Positions 53,851-64,000 of a DNA stretch of 64,000 nucleotides are shown here, piece by piece (within the stretch, counting starts at the first letter, position 1; each line of letters begins with the position of its first letter). A program made the position numbers and the translations under genes. A model generated the notes under the pieces. The model saw only the letters and a list, made by a program, of their open reading frames with translations, ran no database searches and was not told the origin of the DNA. The stretch comes from Lama guanicoe (taxonomy: Eukaryota), in assembly GCA_013239625.1 (NCBI GenBank), contig MU053216.1, positions 1,242,001-1,306,000 of the forward strand, read 5' to 3'.

Positions 53851-55994
53851 TGTTTGGGTGGTAATTTCGGGTCCCTCTTGGGAGCCCTTAATGATCAGAA
53901 AATCGAATAAACAAGGAAATCCGGTATTTCACACCCAGCCCTGGCCCAGGCTGGAGCGTCTGTTTCCTCTTCGCTTCCCCACGGGCTGCTGTCTCTTGCG
54001 GGCATGTTGGATGGGGGAAATTTCCCCGCATCCACCCTAGCCCACTGGTTCTGTGCTCTTGGTCCAGCTGGGGAGGCAGCACGCTGCCTGGGGCCGGTTC
54101 CGCAGACAAAGATCGAGTGAGGACGAATGGAACAGCTGGGAGGGGCCTTGGCCCTCCGTGGGGAGTCAGCCGCTTTGGAGAGGACCCTGCGGGGCCTGTC
54201 CCGGGAGGGGCTGGGGCTGCGGCTGAGGAGGGAGGATGGGGTGTACCTGAGATTCTGCCCCTGAGAGGGCAGGAGGCTGTGACACTGATGCCCTGTTCTC
54301 AGGCCTCAGACAGCTGAGCTGGGAGGGCTGCATGGACTTACCTGGGACTTGAAGGGACATCCTGGCAAAGTGAGGTGGGCAGAGGACAGGGCACACAGAG
54401 GTGCAGGGTGGGAGACACTGTGTTCTTTGTGCTGCGTGGGGGTCCGCCACACGGTGCCACCTCTCCCCGGTTTTGATTTGGATGTTTCTCTTTGAGAGGG
54501 TCTGTTATGGGAGAGTGCCAATCTGGGACTGGTCACCAGGGCAGGCAAGGTGGACGTCATCCATCTCTGTGTGATGGGGGTGGGGGTGTGGGTCCGCGTC
54601 TAGGCGGGGTCTGAGACAGATCTCTAGATTCCCTGGTTTGTAGGTGACCCAGATTCCAGGATGCCGGGGCAGCCTCTCAGAGATGACTACAGAAGAGTTT
54701 CTCCCTTCCTGCCCCGGGCAGGTGTCCCCCCACCTCCCCCCAACACCTGGCCAGCCCTTTGCAGGTCGGAGAGGATCAGTGGACTGCTGATCACAGCCCT
54801 GGGGTCGAGGGAAAGAGAATGAGACCCCGTGCCCTCTGTGCCCCCGGCTGCACTCAGAGCATCGTGGGCACAGACTTGCTGGCCCTGAACAGCCAGAGAC
54901 AAAGAGAAGCCCCACAGGTGCTGGGTGGGCCAGCCAGGGCGGGGCCAGGCTGCTGCCGGGGCGACTTTGCTGCAGGATCCTGCTGAGGTCGACAGGGCAG
55001 CAAGGTGCGTTATGGGGTGGGAGTGAGAAATGTAAATAAGGCAGCTGCTGCAGATTGAGTCCAGGCCCCTCATAAAAGGGAAACTGAACAAGGTCTGGGA
55101 AGGAGGGGGCCTAGGGTGCCCCTCCCAGGGGGCTTTCCTTTAGACTCCATCTTGTTGGAGACAGCCAGACAAAGCCCCCCTCCCCCACCTCCATCAGGGC
55201 CCCCAGACTAGACTGGGGTGTGGTAAGGCGTGGAAAGCCCACGGCCTTGACACTTCGCAAAGTGAGGAAGAGTGGGCGTTCCGTTCCCATCACCACCACC
55301 ACCGGAAGGCTCCGGGAGCCTTCCCACCCAGAGGGCATTGTGCCTGCCCACTGCTCCCAGTTCTTTGGGTGCCCAGTGTCACCACTGCTCCCACAAGATT
55401 GCCCCATGGCATCCTGATGCCTCCACTCTGTCTCAGGGTGCTCATCTGGACCGAGGGGTGGGGAGGTCTGAGCATGGGAAGAGCCAGGCCTTCAGGGGCT
55501 TCAGGGCTCTGCCCACTCCTCCCCTCCTGCCCTGCACGAGCGCCCAGCCCACACACGCCAGACCTCGATGGGCAGCTGGCCGTGGAAGGCAGACAATGCC
55601 TGGACAGGACCCAGTTTCCAATCAGAGAGCTGAGGACAGGACTGGACTAGGGCTGGCACTGGGACGGGAGAGACGGTGCCAGTGAGAGGCTATAGGGGAG
55701 AGTTCTCCATGCTTTGGGACCCCCTTTCACCCTGCATCCCCACCCCCGCAGAAATCACTTGTCCCACTTTGAGGACCGGGGGGGTGGGCGGGAGGAGTGG
55801 GGTGCAGTGCTGGGAAGAGCCAAGGGTTTGGAGTTGCCAAGAGCTAGCCCAGCAGCACGGTCAGCCGTCTTCACGACTTTCTGGAAGTCCTTTCTTACAT
55901 CTAACCAAGTCCCCATGAGAATAACCCATGGCGAGCCCTTGGCCTGACTCTTGGGACGGGGAGGCTGGGCATGAGACAGACGTGGTCTGGCGGG

Positions 55995-56070
55995 GTGTGT
56001 GAGTGTGCCTGAGTGTGAGGGTGTGTGAGTGTATGTGTGAGTGTGTATGTGTGTGTTAGTGTGTGTGAGT
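55995..56070. repeat. (TG/GTGA)n simple repeat
   Basis: Directly visible. Confidence 0.9.
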
Positions 56071-57572
56071 CTGGGGGCTTCAGACTAGGTAAGCAGAGCC
56101 AGGCCCCGGGCCCTTGGCCCTGGCATCACCTCAGGGTGAGGATCAAAGCTGGGGGAAAGCCAGAGGAGGAAACTTTCAGCACCTGGGGCCGTGGGAGAAG
56201 GGGAGATGTTCTAGATGTGAGCAGACCCCCAAAGCCCCAGCCGGGCCTTCCCGGAGTCTGGTGTCTGCCCCTGAACTCTGCCCTGAGAGAGTGCCAGGCC
56301 AGGCCCGTTATCCATGAGTCCCCTGTGCATAAGGACTCTCAGCAGCCTGGGCCGAGGCTGCCCTAGAGCTGGCCTCTACCTGAGGAGAGCTGAGGCTGAC
56401 TTGCCCCAGGCTGCAGAAACACAGGCCTGACCAGTGGAGGGGAGAAGGGGAAGGGGGTGGTGGTTAAGAAATGCAAGTTGGCAAAGTTGAGATTGGGGAA
56501 GGAAGCCAAGTCACGTGGTGCATTTATTTAAGACCCTTTCAAGCCCCCAGCTCCAGGCCCACAGCATGAGGGGAGCCCTCAGTGTGGCCTAACCCCCTCC
56601 CCCTTATCTCTGCCTGCTTTCCTTAAGCTTCCTTCCTTAATCTGCCGGGGAGGGGGAGGGGCTCTGCTGGCCCCGCATCCATCCCTGGACGCTGCCAGAC
56701 CCTGGTAGCGGCTGGAAAGGGGAGAGGGGACACCCATCAGGGGCCCAGGGACAGTGTGAGATGGTGCCCTGTTTTCTGCCGCCAGGCTGGGTTGTCCAGC
56801 TGCAGTGATGCCCCAGTTCCCCCAGGCTCCTCTGAAGTCTTGGTCAATGTCTGTCTAAATTTTGAATCAAGAGGATTAGTGGCTTGGGACAAAGACAGAA
56901 AAGACCGAGTGAAGGTGGGGATGTGGTGCCTGCAGAGTGACAGAGCCCAAGGCCAGTCAGAGCCAACCTGTGCCCTCAGTGTCACATGTTGTCCGGTTCC
57001 CAGAACTGGGACACTGAGGCCCAGGCAGGGCCTCCGGGGGGCGGCGGAGATCTGAGAGTCTTGGGGGCGGCCTCCAGCGGCAGAAATAGGGCTTATGTCA
57101 CCACCAGGAAGCCGAGTGGTAACCACAGGCCCCGGAAACCGTCCCCCAACCCCACCCAGCCAGCCGCCTGATTGGCTCTTAGCTTTTGAAGACCTCGTAG
57201 CGGGGGTGGGGCAGGGGCTGAGGAAGTGGCAGAGGTGACATGTGCCTGGCGTCCTCATTCTTGCAGCGCTGGGGGCATCAGGCAGGATGGGGACTGACCA
57301 AGCGCATCGCTGGCAGGGTCATGGCGCCTTTGTCCGTTTCTCCTTCTGGGCCTCAGTTTTACCTGCTGTAGAGTGGGAACAGAGGGCTTGTTCCCGTCTT
57401 TCATTTGTGGAGAACAGCGGTTGGGATGCCATTTAAGGCATATGACCTTGAAGAGCAGAGTATGAGTAAACTGTTTTAAAAATAAGCCCAAACTCACAGG
57501 ATACCTAGGAGGTGTTTTTCTGGGTTAAGCCATTGTGACTGTTAGGTAAAAAGAAGAGTTCACCTCGAGCCC

Positions 57573-57830
57573 TGGATGGATGGATGGATAGATGGGTGGA
57601 TGGATGCGTGAGTGGGTGGATGGGTGGATGGATGGGTGGGTGGGTGGATGGGTGGGTAGGTGGGTGGGTGGATGGATGAGTGAGTGGGTGGATGAGTGAG
57701 TGCGTAGATGAGTGGATGGATGAGTGGGTGGATTGATGGATGGATGGGTGGGTGGATGGGTGAGTGGGTGGATGGGTGGATGGGTAGATGGATCGGTGGG
57801 TGAATGGGTGGGTGGATGGATAGATGGATT
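57573..57830. repeat. (GGAT/GGGT)n tetranucleotide repeat
   Basis: Directly visible. Confidence 0.95.
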
Positions 57831-60800
57831 GCAGAATGCACTCTGTGATGGAGGGACGCTGAGCTCAGAGGGGCTGAGCACCCTCGTCTCCCGCACACTC
57901 ACTGAGTGTGGGCGTCACACCTGCGTTATCCCACTCAGCCCATGGGGGCCCACGAGGTACAGGTGTCATTCCCCTGGTAGAGATGGGCACACGTGAACAG
58001 CAGTAAACGGAGGAGTCTGAACTTGAACCCAGGGCCCTTGTCACTGCAAGCACCGCTCCTCCTTCAGCTGCGCTTTGCTGTGTGTCCACGTGCCCCCGTT
58101 TCCTCAAATGCTTCTACACACAGTTGCCGTGACTGTGACTGACCGTGGGAGGGGCTGGACCGATGTGGCGAGGGAGGGGTCTGCGCCTTCTTTGTGGGGC
58201 TGCCTGTGCCCACGTGCTCGTGGGTTTGGTGCTCCCCTTTCCTGAGATCTGTGCAGCTGTCTCTGGGATTCCTCTCCCTGCCCGAGTGCTGCCTCGCCCC
58301 GCTCTCGGGAAGTTCTGGGACAGCCGAGTCTCCTCTCGCTCCCCCTGCCCCCACCGAGTGTCCTAGGTCTTCTCTCATTTTACCCTCCAGACTGTTGGGA
58401 GGAAGCAGGGTCTCTGAGAGGCTGCTGGGGGTGGAGGAGAGGAGGCTTCCCTGCCAGGGGAGGGGAGCAGGCTGGGACTGGTCAGCCATGGCCCCTCTGT
58501 CGCAGCAGGAGGGGGCAGCGGAGCCCACAGCAGGTGGCTGCGCTGTTGGCTGCAGTGTTCTGCCCTGCCTGTCCCCGCTCCGGCTGCTCTGGGTGTGGAA
58601 GGGATGGCGTGCCCAGTCCCCCATCCCCAGACACCTGAGTCCCTCTCCCTCTGCCATCCCCGGTGGAAGCCGCCATCAGAGTTGCCTGTCCTTTCTCTAG
58701 GCTGGACCGGTCCTTCCTGAGGCTGGAGTTCCGGGGCCCAGAGGAGAGCCCGGCAGAGGGCCTGGGCCAGGGCCCGCTAGGCGGGGGCGGGGGGGCTCAG
58801 GCCCCCACAGCCAGCCCGCAGGCCAGGCGCCTGTTGCTGTGCGTTCCTCCGCAGCGGCTCATCCCCAGGGCCCAGTCTCCTCTGAGCTGTCCCCCTCCAG
58901 ATGCCCAGGGCCCAGTCTCCTCTGAGCTGCCCCCCTCCAGATGCCGATGCGGCACAGCTCGGGGCTCTGCAGCGTCTCCCGGGAGGTCATGGGAAACCCC
59001 TGCCAGATGCCCCAGGGGGAGGGTGGGCGGCGGGAGTGATGCCGGAGCACAGCTGAGCCGGCTTGGCTGAGCTGGGAATGCCCTCTTCCCAGGCCCAGAC
59101 CAGGAGTCAGACCCGCCGCAGCTCACATCCCAGCCCGTGTGGCCAAGAGCAGGCTGGGGGTCCCCAGCTCCAGCTCGGCCACCCACCCCTCTGCTCAGGG
59201 GTGGGATGCTTCCTCCCTGGGGCTCCCCGGGCCCAGCTGAGGCCCTGAGGCCCAGGCGCAGGGGGGAGAGGGCGTGGACAAGACAAGGACACAAGTCCCC
59301 TGTTGGACTTATGTCCAGGGCATTCCTCAGAAGTCACTGACCAGGACAGTGGGATGAACTGCGAGAGGTCAAGGACACCCTTGAGGAGGGAGGGGGCAGG
59401 GTCCTGAACCCCAAGCTCCCTGTAGGTTCCCTCCAAGCGTCCTCACCCCTCCCTGTGCTCTGGGAACGTGTGCAGGGACACAGCAGGCAGCGAGGGCTGG
59501 CAGACCTCTTTCGTCAGGCCGGCCAGGGCCTCCTAAACCCCTACCCTTTGAATCCCCCCCATACAAAGCCTTCTTGTTTAGGGGTTCAGAGCCAGTCTTT
59601 TCCCTGCAGGCAGGAGAGCTGGGCTGGGGGAGGGGCTGGGAGGCCAGTATGAGGTCTGATTGGAGGACACCAAGGCCCGCTGGCTGCCAGGGGGCTTGGG
59701 TGGCTCTGAGCACCACACCCCTGCAGCTGAAAGGGCCAAGACCCCAAATTGGACCTCATCACCCTGCTTCAGAGAGGAATGGCCTCCACGGGAAGATACT
59801 TTCTCTGCACTAAGTCCGCTGAAGCCCTGAGTCTGGGAGCCAGACTCCCCTGAGAGAGCAGGGGTTTTGGAGCTGGCAGGCTGCCACGGGGGAGGAGGGG
59901 GGAGAGGATGCACGTTAAAGTGTGCAGACATCCTCGCTCTGCGCAGAGGAGAGCGTGTGCTCCGTGCCTGGGTCCTCAGTCCCTGCTCCCCTGCCCCAGG
60001 CCTCGGCTTCCTTCGCTCCAGAGTGGGAACATGCTTCCCCAGCAGACAGCGCGTGGCCCTGCTGGCAGCTGTCGGCAGGATCGTCTTTCTCCAGCGCTGA
60101 CCTCTCTCCAGCCCCAGGGCTGCTTAGAGGACACGGCGAGACTGGGCACCATCAGGCTGGGTTTGAATTCCACCTCCAGCACTGGGATCGTGTGACTTTG
60201 GGTTTGTTCCCATTCTCTGGTCGGAGCCTCAGTGAAGCAGGCATCATTCCGCACGACATGTGTTCACGTGTCTCAGCAAGCTCCACGCACAGCTTCTCGA
60301 AAGATACTCGGCATCCACCTTATCAGGCGAGGCCCGGCTGCTGTCAGCCACCATGATTCCTGAGGAGCGAGACTCCATAGACTCCCGGGCTTCAGTCTTT
60401 GCAGCAGGAAGTTCCTTCTGTGAGCTTATCTGAATCCCTCCCGCTGTAGCTGAGTTCCACTTTGGTCTGGCTCTGTCACTGATGGGGGAGAGCTGGCCCC
60501 CAGCAGGTCACACGTGGCTGAGTGGCTTGGTGTGCCAGGCAGACAGGAGGTCATGGGGTGCCTCTCGGTGTCCCCAGCCACACACATGTACTGTACACAC
60601 ACACACACAATTCCATGACAGAGATTTACACAAGCCCAGGCCCAGTCTGCCCCTCTGCCCCGTGGTTAGAGCCAGGCATGCAGACTGTGTGCTGGTGTGA
60701 AGAGAGGAGGTCATGGGACCTGGGCGGCCTTGCGGGCAGCACACCCACCCCGAGATGAGACAGGGCAACGGGCTTATGTCCCTGGGGCTTCTTCCGAAGG

Positions 60801-63800
60801 GGCCAGTTACTTGGTTATCTTGGCCATCTGAGGGGAGACTCTAGTCCGGGCCTGTGGTTCTTCTCAAGGCCTTCGATGTGGTGCCTGCGAGGGTGTCTCC
60901 CAGCCGGGAAGTCCCCAGAGCGACAGCACTTGCAGGCGAGTGGCTGCTTGCAGGCTGGTTCTGCAGGGCACTCCTGCACCGAAGCTTCAGGCCCAGGGCT
61001 GGTAGGGCGGTCTCCCTAGAAGACCTGGTGCTGATTAGCGCTGTGGCCTTGAGCTGAGTGGCTGAATTTCCCTCCGAGCCCTCGTTTGTAAGGCTGGGTG
61101 ATGGGGGACACCCGCCTTCTAACACGTGCGAAGTGTGGTAGGTATGGTGTCCAGCAAAGAGGCATCTTGCTGCCAAAGTGTGGGGCTGTTACTGACTGGG
61201 GCTTTGAGTCAGCAGAGGTGTAACGGGGTTCCAGGTACCAGCAAAGACGGGTGTCCAGAATCACAGACCATGCACCACAATTATAAGAATTTTCTAGAAT
61301 TCTGGAGCAGTTCTTGATTATTTTAATGTCACAGCCTGCCACCTCTCAGGGAAAAGTAAGACTTCTTCAAGTGGAAAGAACCCAGGGCCGCATCCTTAGG
61401 AGCTGGGGGTAAAGATCCGGGGCAGGCCAACTGGGGACCAAAGGAGGGAGCCAGCCACCTGATTGGCAGGACAAATTCTACCTGGGAGGCTGTGCCACAC
61501 CCACCACCCCTCCCCCAGCCCAGGTTACTGGGCGGAGCCCTGGGGGATGATTGGCCGGCTTTGTGTGACGTCACGAAGGACTGGGCGGGGTGAGGGGAAA
61601 ATCCCATCCTCCCCTCTTAAGCCCCGAGGTGGGGGGTGGGGCTCCGGCCTGCTGGCAACCCTTTCGGGGAAGGAGGGAGCTTTTCCTCCTTGGCCGTCTC
61701 TGCATCCCAGGGCCTGCCTCCTGTGTCTCCTCCATCCTCCCCTTCCGCCCTGCCCCCCCGGCTCCCCAGGGAGCCCAGGAACCGCTGAGCTGAGCCGCTC
61801 CCGCAGCCCTGGGCTCAGGCTGTCCCCCGCCTCGGCATGGAGCGGGTGTGGGGGTGTGTCCCGCAGCCCCCCTGTCCCCGGGCGTCTGGACGGATGTTAA
61901 AATCACTAACTGCGGGCAGCAGCTCCTGCTCAGTAGTGAGCAGGGGAAGCTCGGCGGGGCCTGCGCCAGATCCCGCCTCCGAAAAGCTCCGGCCCCTTCT
62001 CTGAGCGCCCCCGGCCGCTCTGTCTGCCAAGTGGCAAATAGACTGGGCTCTGTTCTGGGAGATTCCGGGCCTTTCTGAGCTGGGCTGTCGGCCTGTAGTC
62101 CTTCTGCAGGACCTGGAGAAGGGGTGGGGGGAGGTTGGGGGGGCCCATGGGTGATGTTCAGGGGATCTCTGGACAGAAACAACACTGGATGCTGGGTTTA
62201 CAAAACCAGGCAGCACACTTTGCCAATTTGAAGTTTTCAAATATTGCATTAAATCATAATTTATCTTGATGACTGGGTTTTTTTCTTGCTCCCTTTAATT
62301 TTGCACCTGAGGCAAAGGCCTCACTCCTTACCCTGGTCCTGGGTCTGGCTCACAGCTCCTAGTGTCTGTGGTTTACTTGGAAGAACCTGGAGCCTGGTTT
62401 CTGGCCCCGACTGCCCCCCTACGCCCCCAGGGAGAACCAGGGCTGGGAGGGGTGCCACCACGCCACCCGACCTGCCACTCTGTGTATCGGGAAGCTGCCT
62501 CCTTCCCGTTGTCTGGGCGGGTGGTGCTGGCCAGCTGCCACTGAGCTTTGCGGGCAGCCCAGCCCGCAGAAGTGACCTCCCTCTGGGTAGGGCCCGGAGG
62601 GGAGCTGTGGAGGGGAGGGTGATGGAGTTCTTAGAAAGCTGACACTAGGAAGGGATCATCCAGGTGGCACAGGAGGAGGCAGGGGCTCCTGGACCACAGG
62701 AGGGTGGGGCAATGGCTTTTCCAGGGCCTGTCTTCATCTCCCAGCCCTCCTGTCTCCTGCCTGTGGGGCCGGGCTTCGGCTTGTCCACTGGGGCGGCTGT
62801 GGTGAGGAGGAGCCCCAGGATGATTGCCGTGCCGGACTGTGGCCCCTGAAAGCCAGGCAGCGCCCAAGTCCAGCCTGGCGCACACGTGGGCTGTGGCCGG
62901 ACTCCCTGGGGCTCTGACAGCGGCGCTGCTCTGGAGGAAGTTTGTGTATCGATCTGGGGGTTGAGATTCCTGGGCAGGAGCCGCTGGTGGAGCCGCAGCT
63001 TCAGACTCAGCGAGAGCAGGAACTGGTGCCCAACTCGCCTGTGTTACTGTGCGGTGTAACCACCTTGACTTCCCTCTCTGGGCAATGGCTTGAAATCCCC
63101 AGCTCATCGCAGCCCTTAAGTGAGGTGGTCTGTGGCAGGTGCCCAGCCCCACACCAGCATGGGGGACGTGTTCATGCAGCCTTCACCCTCTTTACCGCCA
63201 TCTCCAGTTACTCATCAGGGCCCATTCCTGGGACTAACTCTCCTCCTCGTCCAGGTCAGTGGCTTTGGGAGTTAGGGCCTCATCCTAGGCCCATGCCCAC
63301 TGTCTCCAGCTGGTACCCTATCCTCTGGGTCACAGTCCTGTCCCATTGGCACCTGCAAAACATGCTGGTGCATAGAATGGGCTGGCATGGGGCTGCCTGG
63401 CTCTCTCTGACCCCAGAGGACCCCATGCCAGGATGTGCTGGGCAAGCGGGGGGCCCCAGGGTGAATGCCTGGCTCACCCCACAACACCTGGATCCCAAAA
63501 CTCGGGGGGGCCCCTTCTCTACGTCATCTCTTCTGCCCACCCTCTTGTTCTGAGGGGGCTGGTTGGTGGAGCAGAAGCCGGCCCCTTGCCGACGGGCTCT
63601 GACCCTCAGGACTGCAGTTCCCCACTGCCTGCTCCCACTGTCTCTGGGGATCCTGATTTGATTTCCTCCAATCGCCAGCATTGCCATCTGCCCATGTAAT
63701 TAAATGGTATTTGAACTGGATCCAGAAATCCCATTGCCAGCAGCCCACGCAGCCGGGAGGGCGTCTCCGGGAGCTGGTGCTGGTCGGTGAAGCTGCTGGG

Positions 63801-64000
63801 TCTCTGGGCCCCTCTGAGGCCGCTGCCTGCGCCTCCCCTTGGCAGGCTGAGCCCTGCCCCCAGCCACCCAGAAGCACAGGCGCACTGAGGAGGCGGCACA
63901 CGCAGCGCCTGGGTTCGCGCCCCTGCCACCCCTGCTGCCTGCCACTGGCCGGGCATCGTCTGCGCCCTTGCCCACAGTGGGGACCACGGTGTCCCCCTCG

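Noticed and set aside
53029..53910. 293-aa ORF over the CpG island and an open in-frame extension (53328-53615) upstream of the KIF21B ATG
   Set aside because: Stop codons are scarce at this GC content; no in-frame upstream ATG, and the main ATG has strong Kozak context
57525..57996. His/Pro-rich and Gly/Trp-rich ORFs
   Set aside because: Translations of the GGAT/GGGT tetranucleotide repeat

Overview
Mammalian genomic DNA, probably from a camelid (inferred from tRNA-derived Vic-1-like SINEs and a cetartiodactyl-type L1 3' end). The + strand carries exons 6-44 of CACNA1S (Cav1.1, skeletal-muscle L-type calcium channel alpha-1S; 872-41876). All 39 exons splice in frame and the EEEE selectivity filter, AID, II-III loop and IQ motif are intact. 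After about 11 kb of intergenic DNA come a CpG-island promoter, the first coding exon of KIF21B (53616-53656) and the start of its intron 1, the same gene order as in human. Exon numbers follow the human 44-exon structure from memory. The most unusual observation is a 138-bp, 100%-identical direct repeat of unrecognised sequence (5576-5713 and 6788-6925) that brackets CACNA1S exon 10 and has no transposon hallmarks; it could be biological or an assembly/synthetic artefact. Other notable points are a U12-type intron 13, a GC-AG intron 32, four RBFOX motifs after alternative exon 29, two candidate uORFs in the KIF21B leader, and a promoter-like motif cluster in KIF21B intron 1. Repeat family calls were made by eye and their boundaries are approximate.
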